Shown here piece by piece: positions 36,001-49,251 of a DNA stretch of 64,000 bases. Positions within the stretch are counted from its first letter, which is position 1, and every line of letters begins with the position of its first letter. The notes under the pieces are model-generated. The model saw only the letters and a program-made list of their open reading frames with translations, was not told the origin of the DNA and did not search any database. The position numbers were made by a program, and so were the translations under genes. Source of the DNA: Octopus sinensis (lineage: Eukaryota); the NCBI RefSeq assembly GCF_006345805.1, contig NC_043013.1:44206001-44270000 (forward strand). Reading direction: 5' to 3'.

Positions 36001-36489
36001 CTCTAAAGGCTCCCAAGGACTGGGTTAGGGTGAAGTAGTGATGTTAAACCAGGTGGTGGATTAAGTCTTTCACCTATGTGATCCATGATTGGATTTGAAC
36101 TCAGAATGCACAAAGCCAGAACAAATACAGCAAAGCATCCCACTGACATACTAATGATTCTACAGTTCACCATCTTAGATACTTATACATCATTTGTATT
36201 GATCCAAGGAAGATGAATATTAAAGTTGACCTAAATGGGATTTGAACTCAAAACGTAAGGAGCCTGAATAAATATTGCAAGGCATGACACTCTAATGATA
36301 TTGGCAATTTGCTTGCACTCAAATATTTGGTAGGTGATGATAAAGATTTCATCCTTTAACACTAAAGATTTGAACCCTTTCCTTCCAACAGGGTCCTACT
36401 CTAATACTCCTGCTCTTCCCTCTTTCACTATAATCACTTTAGAAAACCTGCTAGCTTCACTAACCTTCTGCAGTTTTTATATTCTTTTC

Positions 36490-36698
36490 TACTCTAGACA
36501 CAAGGCCCAAAATTTTGGGGGAGGGAGGGCAGTTGATTAGATCGACCCCAGTATGCAACTGGTACTTAATTTATCGACCCTGAAAGAATGAAAAGCAAAG
36601 TCAACCTTGGTGGAATTTGAACTCAGAACATAAAGACAGACGAAATACTGCTCAGCATTTCACCCGGTGTGCTAACGTTTCTGCCAGCTCACCACCTT
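36490..36698 (-). mobile_element. SINE-B variant with the alternative 3' tail
   Basis: B head and Meta-like domain followed by the ccccaaaattttgggccttgtg tail. Confidence 0.85.
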
Positions 36699-37129
36699 AT
36701 GTATAGTTTTTATAGTGATTCAGCATAAAAACTAACCAAACCACGTTTGGCAAAATATAATATATGTATATAGTGTGTATATCAAATGTAACTATTGTAA
36801 TCCTAAGGGACTATTAGTGGTCTGCATTAGTAAGAGTATGTTTGGTAAAAAGTTTTAAAATTGCGAAGGATTTTAGTGTGACATGAGGAAGGTGATATGT
36901 TTTCTTAAATATTAAATTAAAATGAAAACATTGTTTATGATAGAATTTAAGCATTTCAGGTTTTTTCATGGAATGTAAAGACCAAGTGAACTTAATTTTC
37001 TTTACTGAGTACAACTTTATGAAAGGGAAATGATGTGTATGAATATGTGTGTATATGTTATAAAACTGTTTACATGTATGTAGATATGTGGCTGTCCATG
37101 CATACAGGGGCATCCTCTACATCCGTTTC

Positions 37130-37385
37130 TCAGGCGAGAGATCTTAGTCTTGTGGGGTCATAGGTGCTGGGGCCACGTAAAAACATGTATGCCTGCGTCA
37201 AGTAATAGTGGCACATAAAAGCATCCAGTACACTCTGTAAAGTGGGGTTGGCATTTGGAAGGGTATCCAGCCGTAGAAACCATGCCAAAACAGACAAAAG
37301 GAGCCCACGCAGTTCTGCAGCTGACCAGTTCCTGTCAAACTGGCCAACTCATGTGAGCATGAAGAACAGTCATTAAAAGATGATG
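37130..37385 (+). mobile_element. Family D RTE-type 3' end, degenerate
   Basis: aaaagcatccagtacactctgtaaagtggggttggcatttggaagggtatccagccgtagaaacc...aaaagatgatga. Confidence 0.75.
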
Positions 37386-37611
37386 AAGATGTATATATTA
37401 GTGGGAGAGTTCAAACTCATGAATACTAATAAACAAACCTTATACATATGTATGTATGTATTTCATTTTTTGTTTTGTTATTTTATATATATGTACACTT
37501 TTAAGCAGACCTATGATCAAAGTCATTCCATTGATGGTCATCTCATCTTTCAAATATTGTGTATATAAGAATTATATTAATTAGTGAATGTGCATTTCCT
37601 CTTTCTTTCCC

Positions 37612-37960
37612 TCTTTTACTTGTTTCAGTCATCTGACTGTGGCCATGCTGGAGCACCGCCTTTTAGTCGAGCAAATCGACCCCAGGACTTATTTTTTGTA
37701 AGCCTAGTACTTATTCTATCAATCTCTTTTGCCAAACTGCTAAGTTACGGGGACATAAACACACCACAATCGGTTGTCAAGTGATGTTGGGGGGACAAAC
37801 ACATATATATACATATATAGGATGAGCTTCTTTCAGTTTCCATCTACCAAATCCACTCACAAAGCTTTGGTTGGCCCGAGGCTATAGTAGGTGCCACACA
37901 GTGGGACTGAACCTGGAACCATGTGGTTGGTAAGCAAGCTACTCACAACACAGCCACTCC
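37612..37960 (-). mobile_element. SINE-A with a small internal deletion
   Basis: Tail-to-head match. Its 3' flank is shared with the copy at 24800. Confidence 0.9.
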
Positions 37961-38559
37961 TATCTAAATTCTGTAGGACTCTTTTACTCTTTCCTTTAGC
38001 CCCCTTCACATTTTCTTCATTCCTTCCACTTTTCTTTTTCTTGCTCCCACCCTCTCTCACATTTCTTGGCCTTCCCTTCATTCTCATCACTTCCTCTCCT
38101 CCTTTACCTCACTCTGGTCCCTTTCCTTTTTTCTGTCTTTCTTGTCCCTCCCTAATTCTTCAATTCTTCTACCCCTACCCCTCTCCTCTCCTTCCATGTG
38201 ACCAGTGTTCAGCCAATCCTGACCTTTCTTTCTTGGTTTGACTACCATCCATGTAGTATCTCTTATATTCCTTCCCATGACTTTCATCTTCTATGTTCCT
38301 ACCATAAGGCTCCACTTCCACACACACCAGCTTGATTTAATTCATCCTTAGTCAAAAGACACTTGTTGTTAATGTCCTGTTGTTTGCATTTGTACCATTT
38401 ATTTCTGTTTTCTTCCTTGTTTTTGTATTCATTCCCTTGCTTTCTTCCAAAGAATCTAAAGCTCTTAGCTTAGTGAAGACCTTCTTTAGCCTTGGGTACC
38501 AGTATTTCTCCTTTCCCTACCCACTATCTTCAGTGCTTGACATTTTTATAGAGACCTCA

Positions 38560-38712
38560 TTTCTCGTAACTTGGCAGTTCAGCAAAAGAGACAGATAGAA
38601 TAAATACTGGACTTACAAAGAATAAGTCCTGGTGTCGATTTGCTCGACTAAAGGCTGTGCTTCAGCATGGGCGCAGTCAAATGACAGAAACAAGTAAAAC
38701 GAGTAAAAGAGT
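38560..38712 (+). mobile_element. SINE-A 3' fragment
   Basis: gtaacttggcagttcagcaaaagagac...aaacaagtaaaacgagtaaaagagt. Confidence 0.85.
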
Positions 38713-39902
38713 CCATTCTACTGTAATTACAGAGTTATCACTAATGTGATTCTTCAGGCAACAAGAATTTCAATTTCATACAGGCTGTTGAAGTTGTTAA
38801 CCTGGAGAAGGCAGCTCTGATCTAGCAGGATTCCAAATGTGCTCATCCCATCAGCCTTGAAAAGCATTCAAAAGCATTCCTGCTGTGACCATCCACTCTT
38901 TTCTTTTGAGGTATAATGTATCTAAGACTACATTATCTGATGTGTCCTTTTTTATTTATCCATTTTTTTATAATATGTTTGGGTGTAATTTGAGGGAGAT
39001 TGGCCACTATTTATAGTAAACAAGTCCAGGGACTGTGTGATAGAGGTCCCTAAAGAGGACAAGAGGAGAGGGAGAGATGTTACAGTGGAAGGTCATGCTT
39101 GAGAGAGCTTGCACAGTTGGAAAAAAGGGGAGAGAGAGAAAGAAAAAGGGAGAGACAGACAACTATCAGCTATCAGTCATGCTTCAAGCACATGTAGGGG
39201 GAAGAAAAATCAGAGTGAAAGTCATTGCTAAGGGATATTAAACTACTCCAGTGTGTGTGTGAGAGAGAGAGAGGAGATACCCCAGTAGATGAGATGATGG
39301 ACAATGGTGGTGGTAGGGGGGGGATATTAGGGATGGTAATTATTGGGTCTGTACCCTGGAATTTTTTTTTTTCTTCAGATAAACAGGCTTTTGATGTTTT
39401 GGAAATGAGCTGAAGGAATGAGGCTATGAGCAACAATGAAAGACAGGGGAACATAGCCTGGTGGAATACGGGAGATAGTGGTAGTAGCTGCATTGTTTAA
39501 CCCCAGGTCAACCCTGACTGGATAAATATTTTTATGAAATGTATTCCAGCCATGACCATTTGTCATAGGGATTTAATGGTGAAGGTTGTTACTGTTGTTT
39601 AACACCAGTCCAACCCTGATTGCACTGACTTTTATTAAAGATGTCCCAGAAAGTTGCACCTGATGTAAGCACCCTATGATATATGTAGGACTACATCATT
39701 CAGTGTAAGTAGTTCATTGAAGCTGGTAGCATCTGGTTGGTTTCTGAGAGATTTGGTTGCTAGTTCTAGCAGATGAAGCAGCTATATAGAGGTTCCTCTC
39801 AATGGTTTCTAATAGGAGACAGAGAAAGTGGTGAAGGAGAAGAGAATGTAGTAAGTAGTACTAGGTTAGAAGAGAGTTTCCCCTCTTTCTTTCTCCCCTG
39901 CT

Positions 39903-40318
39903 TACTCTTTTACTTGTTTCAGTCATTTGACTGCGGCCATGCTGGAGCACCACCTTTAGTTGAGCAAATCGACCCCCAGGACTTATTCTTTGGAAGCCTA
40001 GTACTTATTCTATTGGTCTCTTTTGCTAAACTGCTAAGTTACGGAGACGTAAACACACAAGCATCAGTTGTCAAGCGATGTTGGGGAGACAAACACAGAC
40101 ACACAAACATATATATATCTATATCTATATATATATATACATATATACGACGGTCTTCTTTCAGTTTCCGTCTACCAAATCCACTCACAAGGCTTTGGTC
40201 GGCCCAAGGCTATAGTACAAGATACTTGCCCAAAGTGCCACTGAACCTGAAACCATGTGGTTGGTAAGCAAGCTACTTACTGCACAGCCACTCCTGTGCC
40301 TATAACACAGCCACTCCT
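39903..40318 (-). mobile_element. SINE-A full copy
   Basis: Near-consensus tail-to-head match. Confidence 0.92.
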
Positions 40319-40379
40319 AACTTGTTCATGTTCTCTGCACACCTGCTGATCTACCACAATTTATCACACTGAACATTAA

Positions 40380-40636
40380 CCCTTTAGTATTCAGATTAGT
40401 TTTTCAAATGTAATGCTTATTTATTCACATCATTATCATCGTTTAACATGTTTTCCATGCTAGCAGGTGTTGGACGGGTTATTCACCATGAATTACCTTG
40501 TAGCTTTGAGATGTCAAAGCTGTGACTGTTTATTTTTAGAATGACATTCTAGATGTGAGAAGCCAGGTTTGGCCAGTTTGAACATAAAGTGGATGGAATA
40601 TTTGGGCTGGATAGGGTCAGTTTAAATGCTAAAAGG
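40380..40636 (+). mobile_element. piggyBac-type MITE family P2 containing a short family-D tail fragment
   Basis: TTAA-ccctttagtattc...gctaaaagg-TTAA, with atcatcgtttaacatgttttccatgctagca inside at about 40433-40465. Confidence 0.85.
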
Positions 40637-41407
40637 TTAACCACACTGATTTCAATCAACTTAATTGATACCCCATCCCCCACTGAGATAGGGACTAAAT
40701 ACAAACTGTTCCTGTTGAAATTGAAACATTTTATTTAAAAATCTTTTTATTGAGCTATGCTCCATTACTTAACGATGCTGTTTTGCTAAATCTTGCCAGA
40801 TTCTTGATTGTTTTCAAAATTAATTGAAACACTTAAGCAGTGTGCTTCATTAGAAATATAGTGATGGCAGGTCTGGAAAGAGAAAAAGGCTCTGGGCTAT
40901 ATCTTGAATTAATGAATATAAAAATAAATGTTTTGCAGGTTCCTCCTTCATTTGAGAGCCAGTACTTAGCTCTGGTTTTACAATATGAAGTGATTATAAA
41001 AATATACCCCTAGATAGGTAGGTAGCTCCTTTTCTATCATAACTAACATTATTAATTAAATTACATGGTGTTTGTTTCTGAGAAATATAAATTGGCTTAA
41101 AGTATGAAGAGTATAGTGTTCTTACTAAAAATGTGACAAAATGCTGGGAGCAGATTTGATCTCACGAACAGATAGTTTTGAACAATGTGCAAAATAACAA
41201 GCCTAAAAAGAGCATCTATATAATCAATTATTCTACAAGAGAAAGCAGTCAAATCCCCGTCAAATTCTTAAAAACTAAAGGACTCATTGAATAATGTGAT
41301 CCTAGAAACACTGTCTCAAACACAAAAGAAATACAGGATGGTCACAGCTGGATAACTTTGGTCATAGGTTGGTTGAGACTGGAGTTAGATAACATTAAGT
41401 GAAAGCC

Positions 41408-41708
41408 AAGTACTTATTCTATTGGTCTCTTTTGCCGAACCGCTAAGTTACGGGGATGTAAACACCAGCATCGGTTGTCAAGCGATGTTGGGGGGACAAA
41501 CACAGACACAAACATACACACACACACACACACACACATATATACAAAGGGCTTCTTTCAGTTTCCATCTACCAAATCCACTCACAAGGCTTTGGTCAGC
41601 CCAAGGCTATAGTAGAAGACACTTGCCCAAGGTGCCACGCAGTGGGACTGAACCCAGAACTATGTGGTTCGTAAGCAAGCTATGTACCACACAGCCACTC
41701 CTACGCCT
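41408..41708 (-). mobile_element. SINE-A, tail missing
   Basis: Body and head match the consensus. Confidence 0.9.
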
Positions 41709-42260
41709 CATCGAATAATAAAATTATCTAAGGGGAAATAAATCAAGTGGGTCAGGAGCATGAAGTTAGATAAGTAATGAGTCATGTACTCAGGGATATC
41801 TGCAAAAAATTTTGAAATAAATGAAGTATTCAGAATACTTTGTCAATTGTAATGCTTAAAAATTCACATTGTTTTGAATTAATCATGCATTGTCTTGTAG
41901 ATTGGTGATTTTCATGTGATTGGTTGTTTTCTTTAATGACATTGTAGGGCAGGTGTGAAAAGCACAATCTGGCCATTTCAAAACTAAAACAATTATAATA
42001 TTTTGGCTGGATATGGCTGGTTTAAATGAATACTAAAGGGTTAAAGAAAGAAGACAAAATATTGTGGTATTTGGTCACAAGCAACCATCAGGGAAACAGG
42101 GGACAATTTCAGAAAACTGAGAATCAATAAATTTCACAGTTTAATATGGAGGTTGGATGTGGGGAGGTAATCCTTGCTTGCAAAAGGTAAGCTATAGATG
42201 TGTTTCAGTCTTATTAAATCTTAGCATTGTCTACCAAAGCTTGCTTTATATAAAATAAAT

Positions 42261-42460
42261 GTTTCTTTATTACCCACAATGGGCTAAACATAGAGGGGAC
42301 AAACAAATGAATTAAGTCGATTACATTGACCCCAGGGCGTAACTGCTACTTAATTTATCGACCCCGAAAGGATGAAAGGCAAAGTCGACCTCAACGGAAT
42401 TTGAACTCAGAATGTAACGGCAGACGAAATACGGCTACGCATTTCATCCGGCGTGCTAAC
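42261..42460 (-). mobile_element. SINE-B
   Basis: Tail-to-near-head match. Confidence 0.9.
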
Positions 42461-43922
42461 AGGTCAGTAATTTGCATAAAAGAAAAGAGCTAAGAGGGAA
42501 TAACTCATGTAGGCCGATGGTACAAATTTAGATAAACATGCACACAATACTTCATGTACATTATTCATATTGATTTCAGTACTTTATCTGATAATTTACT
42601 TCTTATTAACTCCTGTTTATTGAATGGTTAAGTTCGTTAGTGTAATGGAATATCACATGCATTGAATAAATACCTGAAGGTAATTTTGCTTCATGCAATA
42701 ATTTATCAACAATCGGTTGCTGGTTCACATGTTCATGCACACATACACACAGGTATTCCATGCAGTTTACTGTTTCCAAAGTTCACTCACTGAGCATCGG
42801 TCAAGCTGAGACTCTACTAGACAATTCTCAGCCCAAGTAAAATTCTTAACCCCACAGCTATACCTAATAGAAATATATTTTTTATAAGAATATTTATTTA
42901 CCCCCAAAAATATAGTTCTGGCTTAAAATAATTTGGGGATTGCAACCCCTGGTGACATCTTCCCACTAAAAGGGAAGGTCATATAGTCCTAGATACAAAA
43001 TGTCTGGGAAACAGACAGGATGCTCACAGCTGGAACACTTTTGATTACAGGTCTGCTGGAGCTGACCTGGGGTTAAATAACAGCCACAACCAAGGAAGCG
43101 CAATTTTTACTTGACTGGATCTTATTCAGTTTTGATACTGTGAGAATCAGTTATCCATTTTTAGATTCTTTTATTCTTTTACTGGTTTCATGGTAGAACA
43201 TCACCTTTTTTTCAAATCCCCTACATCCCTCAGAAACATAACCCCAAATACCATGGTGTATTTGTCTGATGCTTGAGATTCTACCAAGCACTAACCATAA
43301 AATAAAATATCTCCCATGGGGGCATGAACGCCTATCTCTTGCTTAGCAGGCAAGTGTAACACCATTATACAGCTTGTGAATGTCACAGTGAGACTAAATA
43401 CACACAGGGATAACTGTATGAGCAAAGTAGGGAGTCTGTATGGACGTTTGACTTGCTGAAAATAGCAGCAAATTTTCTTCAAATTATACCTATCCTCTTA
43501 GAAAAGGGAAGGATATATTGTGCAATGCAGTTTAACATACATCTAAAACAACAAGATAGTTGCTGTTAGTTGGCTTTTAAATTGCAACTCTGTATATCTA
43601 TTGTTTATAGATATTATTTATAAATTTGTACAAAACTAGAATAAATTATCCAAAACAAATTGCATAACACCATTAAATACAAAAATCAACTTTATAAGAA
43701 TATATTCAGCTCTAAAATGATTTCTGCAAATGTTTGGTTTATGTGATAATATAAACCAAGATTTGGATCTCAACAAATTTGGGTCACAACCTAATCAAGT
43801 CTTAACCTAGTTGGGTCTCATGCCATTTAGTTGGGTATCAACATAGTAAGATTTCATTCATTCTCAGTACAATTTCAACTATACATAATTATTTGCTAGA
43901 TTGTTCATACATTCATATTAAA

Positions 43923-44565
43923 CCGTAGTTTTCAATTGGGGTCCATATAAGATTCTGTTGTTAAAATTTATCTCCAATAAATTTTTTATACTTCTACAAT
44001 TTACTCTTTTTTTTTCTTTTACTTTTTTACTTGTTTGTCATTTGTCTGTGGCCATGCTGGAGCACCACCTTTAGTTGAGCACATCGATCCCAGGACTTAT
44101 TCTTTGTAAGCCCAGTACTTATTCTATCGGTCTCTTTTGCCGAAACGCTAAGTAACGGGGGCGTAAACACACCACCATCGGTTGTCAAGCGATGTTGGGG
44201 GGACAAACACAAACACATACATATATATATATATATACAAATATACGACGGGCTTCTTTCAGTTTCTGTCTACCAAATGCACTCACAAGGCTTTGGTAGA
44301 AGACACTTGCCAAAGGTGCCACGCAGTGGAAATGAACCCGGAACCATGAGATTGGTAAGCGAGCTACTTACCACACAGCCACTCCTGTGCCTAAATTCAC
44401 AAAATATTTTAACAAGTTTTTTAAATACAATTCTCAATATTCAATTAATATTCAATTATGAAGACATAATAGGATTTTATATACATTGACTGGCTAGGGG
44501 CGTCTGCCTGAGTAAAATAGGAATCAAAGGGGCCCATAGGTAAAAAAAACAGTTAAGAAACACTG
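43923..44565. mobile_element. hAT-type MITE interrupted by a SINE-A
   Basis: Ends ccgtagttttcaattggggtcc and cagttaagaaacactg. Flanks atattaaa / atatgaag look like a decayed 8-bp TSD. Confidence 0.65.
44015..44392 (-). mobile_element. SINE-A nested in the hAT MITE
   Basis: Near-consensus match. Confidence 0.9.
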
Positions 44566-45178
44566 ATATGAAGCAAGGATTGATCGATCATTCAATCCTG
44601 CAATATTTGACAGCAAGAACATGAGATTAATTACACAACACTTAATAAAACATGAATTAATTACCTCTGAATAGAAATATACATTTAGTATTGTTCTAAA
44701 ATAATTCAATAGACTGGAAAAAAATTTTTTTAAATAGTGTCAGAGAAACTGAAATGTTGTTTATTCACTTATGGTCCTTTACATGGTGAGTTCAAATTCC
44801 TCTGGGGTCAACTTTGCCTTTCATCCTTCCATGATTAATATAATTAGTATCTGTCTAGTACAAAAGTCGTTTTAATTTGTTTATCTTCCTACCAAATTTG
44901 TTGGTTTGTTCCAAATTTTATTAACCATATACTGATGTTTGTTATATTTTATTCTTTAACTTGTTCATTCATTTGACTGCAGCCATACTGGAGCACCGCC
45001 CCGAAGGGTTTTAGTTGAACAATCAACTCCAGGACTTATTTTTAAAGCCTAGAACTCCTTCTATCGGTCTTTGCTGAACTGCTAAGTTACAGGGACATAA
45101 GCACACCAGCTTTGGTTGTCAAGCAGTGATAGGGGACAAACACGAACACACACACATGACAGGCTTCTCTCAGTTTCT

Positions 45179-45593
45179 TATTTCTTTATTTCCCAGAAGG
45201 GGCTAGCTATAGAGGGGACAAACAAGGACAGACAAACGGATTACATTGATTATATCGACCCCAGTGTGTAACTGGTACTTATTTTATCAACCCCAAAAGA
45301 ATGATAGGCAAAGTCGACCTCGACAGAGTTTGAACTCAGAACATAACAGTAGATGAAATACCTATTTCTGTACTACCCACAAGGGGCTAAACGCAGAGAG
45401 GACAAACAAGTACAGACAAACGGATTAAGTCGATTATATCGACCCCAGTACGTAGCTGGTACTTATTTAATCGACCCCGAAAGGATGAAAGGCAAAGTCG
45501 ACCTCGGCGGAATTTGAACTCAGAATGTGAAGACAGACGAAATACCGCTAAGCATTCCGTCCGGTGTGCTAACGATTCTGCCAGCTCGCCGCC
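45179..45593 (-). mobile_element. SINE-B dimer inserted in an older SINE-A (about 44955-45730), 14-bp TSD
   Basis: ttctctcagtttct at 45165-45178 and 45594-45607. Internal junction at 45361/62. Confidence 0.92.
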
Positions 45594-47589
45594 TTCTCTC
45601 AGTTTCTGCCTACCAAATCCACTCACAAGGCTAATGTAGAAGACACTGAGGCTATAGTAGGAAACAATTGCCCAAGGTGCCACACCATGTGACTGGGAAT
45701 CAAACTTCTTACCACACACGCGCCTGTTCCTATGATTATATCATTCATGTCTTTGGCTATAAAGGCTGCTTAATCAAAACTAACTTTGGGCTAAGCAATA
45801 ACGACAATCCTTCAACAGTCTAACATTAGCCACAACCCCAACCTACTCTGATATTTCCAGCCCTCTGTGTAAGGTCAGCCTAGAAAAGCTGACACTGTCT
45901 ATATCTTTCTTGATCAGAGCCATTGAGGGAACCCCTATGTGGCCACTTAAGCTGTCTGAAATAGTAGCAAAATCTCACTCAAAAAGAATCAAAGAACACA
46001 TTCAATATTGTAGTCCCTTATATACAAAACAGTTAGAATGGTCATGGCTGGAATATTTTGTTCTGCTTAATCTGTTGCTGGCCTGGGACTAAGCAACAAC
46101 TTGAGAACTTTCCTTCTCCTCTTTCTTCTTGCTTTAATGGGCAATGATAAAAAGGTAAGAGGAGGTGGAGGGTATGTAAAAGGAAGATGGAGGGTTATGA
46201 GGATGTGACCAGGCCTTGGGGAGAAGGGATATGATGAGACAGGGAGTGCAAGAAGAGAGAAAAGGAGCATAGTAGAGGAGGTAATGGTAGTGGTGGTGAT
46301 GGTAGTAGTAGTAGTAGTAGTAACAGCAGTAGTAAATAATACTGCTGTTGTTGTTGTTGGTAGTAGTAGTAGTAGTAGTAGTAGTAAGGTAATAAGATGA
46401 AGAGGATGTGAGTGAACAGTAACTAATAAAGAAAGGTGGTGTTGTTATTGTTGCCAGTGTTGAGTGTAGCCCTCCCCTACACTCCACCATAACCAACCTT
46501 GTCTCCAGATCTCTGATGGAGGGGTAGCTGGGGGTTCATTTTATAAAAATAACAAAACTCTAAAGGATGGGGTGGATGGGGTAGATTGGTGTAGATAAGA
46601 AATGGCAAGACTGTTATTATTGTTGTTGCTTGCTTAATCCCAAGTCAATTCTGATCCTTGCTGACACATGATCAAATGCATTCCAGCCATGACCAACCCA
46701 TCTCTAAAGAGTGTGTATATAGGTCAACATTATTTAATGCATTCTTCCTATATTTAGGTAGGTAGGGTATGTTTTGAGGGAGGCGTGACTGCTATTTCTT
46801 GTATGTTGAGCAGGTGGGTTGTTATGGTCAATAATTGTTTATTTATGTATTTTCCTTTTTTTTTTGTCTGTTTGCTGTTGTTTAGATGAAGTATAGAGGA
46901 AAAGAAGAAAATGGAAAAATTATTTGTTATGTTTGTAGAATGTATGTATATATATATATATAAAGTACATACAGTATATACAGAATGTATGTATATATAA
47001 TGTATATACAACAAGTAACATGACCCCTTTGATATAGCAAGAAAGGGACTAGAATGAAAGACAGTGCTAGTCAAAGCAAGGAGTCCCCCCCCACCAAAAT
47101 GTAGCCTTGGCTGTTTTCAGTTTAACAATTTCTTAACCCAGATGTCAAAACATCACTTCATCTCCCCTCTACCCACCTCTCTCTTCTAATATATTCATTC
47201 ACTTGTTCTATCTCTCTGCCCCTCTTTATTTGCCCTCCTTGGTCTCGGAACACTTTCTTAACCAATAGTATTAAATTTTTTTAAAATGAGAGAAAGTAAA
47301 TAATCTTTGTGTGTGTGTGTGTGTGTTTGTGTAAAACTGTGGATAACAGGCTAAGCTGGAGTTCACACCACATCAATGTGGCACAAAGAATGTGTTTATG
47401 GATCTTTAGCGCTTTCCAGTCTAGAGACCATAGGTACCGTCATCCATCTCTTCCCCATGTTTGCTAAGCTCCACCCTGAACGCTGCTGTCTACTGTGTCC
47501 ACTAGGTCCATTCCATACAAAACAAAACAAAAGAGGTTTGAAACACTGCAGAGATCAATATATTAGTGACAGAGGTAATATTAATACCA

Positions 47590-48532
47590 AGAGATAATAT
47601 TTATCTCTACTGAAACATGGATGTTCTATTAGAACAAGCTATACTGTGATAGATGCCACGAGAGAAACTCTTGTTGGATTGGTGTAGATAAGAAATGGTA
47701 AGAGTATTATTATTATTGTTGTTGCTTAATCCCAGCCATGACCAACACATCTCTAAAGAGTGTGTGTATAGCAATATAAACAAGAGTGCATTTTGCGCCC
47801 TTGTTTTATATTACCAGCGAGGAGATAAATCCCCCACCATGTCCAGTGCCAAGACCACTAAATCACATGATTTCTACCTTCCTTTGCTTTATCAGTGATG
47901 GATGCTTGACTGTTAGAGATAGCAGTGACTCATCTACTTGCCAGCAATATACAGAAAAGCAGTGCTGGTGTTGCAATTAGCCAGTGAGCTTGTTAAAAAA
48001 TATATATTAGCGAGAGAAGCAGTATTAAAACCAACAGGTAATATTTATCCTCACTTATACAATGATGTTCTGTTAGAACAAACTATACTGTGGTACATGC
48101 CATGAGGGAAACTCTCGTATTGGCCTCTGCTGCAAAATGCACTGTTGTTTATATCGCTAGTGGGGAGATAAATCTCCACCAACTCCAGCATTGAGACCAC
48201 CAGATTGTGACTTCGATCTTCTGTGGTCTTGTCAGTTATGGACACTTGACTGCTAGAGGTAACAGCAACTCATCTCCTGACCAGTGATATACTCTTTTCA
48301 TTCTTTTACGTGTTTCAGTCATTTGACTGAGGCCATGCTGGAGCACCGCCTTTAGTTGAGCAAATAAACCCCAGGACTTATTCTTTGTAAGCCTAGTACG
48401 TATTCTATCGGTCTCTTTTGCCAAACTGGTAAGTTACAGGGACGTAAACACACCAGCATCAATTGTCAAGCGATGTTGGGGCACAAACACAGATGCACAA
48501 ACATACACACATACACACACACACACACACAC

Positions 48533-48567
<35 letters not shown>

Positions 48568-48810
48568 TATATACACATATATATGACGGGCTTCTTTCAG
48601 TTTCCATTTACCAAATCCACTCACAAGGCTTTGGTCGGCCCGAGGCTATAGTACAAGACACTTGCCCAAGGTACCACACAGTGGGACTGAACCCAGAACC
48701 ATGTGGTTTGTAAGCAGGCTACTTACCACACAGCCACTCCTACGCCTACAATATAGCAAAACAGTACCAGATTAAGCGCTGGTGTCACAATTAGCCAGTG
48801 AGCGTATGAC
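47590..48810. repeat. Old tandem duplication (blocks A-B-C, then A'-B'-[SINE-A]-C')
   Basis: gatgttctattagaacaagctatactgtg matches gatgttctgttagaacaaactatactgtg; gaggagataaatcccccacc matches ggggagataaatctccacc; gctggtgttgcaattagccagtgagc matches gctggtgtcacaattagccagtgagc. Confidence 0.75.
48295..48748 (-). mobile_element. SINE-A full copy
   Basis: Near-consensus match. Confidence 0.92.
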
Positions 48811-49030
48811 AGATCTCAACTGTTGGGATCACTTCAAAAGGATCAAACTTCGTCTGTTCCAGTGGCGTGCAATGTGGAAACTATTCCATCAATTCTGTCC
48901 AAATAATGCTAGTATCAAGTTCACAAGTCACCTAAGGCCTGACCATGAGAACCATAAGCCCTTTACAAAAATCAAATTCACATCACATGACAACTTTTTG
49001 GCATAACTTTCCAGATTCTCTTTGCTTGTA
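48806..49030 (+). pseudogene. CR1-clade LINE ORF2 3' relic
   Basis: MTDLNCWDHFKRIKLRLFQWR..MWKLFHQFCPNN resembles the CR1 motif LNYWDRLK.LKL.SLQRRRERY....WK. Confidence 0.65.
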
Positions 49031-49251
49031 GCCTACCCTAAACGCCCTATACCCTACAATGCTGCCCCCACCACAACACATGTACATTCACACATACTCT
49101 CCTCCACACACACACACATGCAGATTTATTCAAACACACATGCACATACATACATACAAAAACATGTCCATCATGTGCACTCACATATGCATACAAGATT
49201 TATTCACAATTTGAGCTTACTAAAATATTTGAAAATTGAAGCTACAACTAA

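Noticed and set aside
45387-45719. Recurrent ORFs containing SEFKFRRGRLCLSSFRGRLNKYQLRTGVD (also 15449, 58313)
   Set aside because: These are translations of SINE-B.
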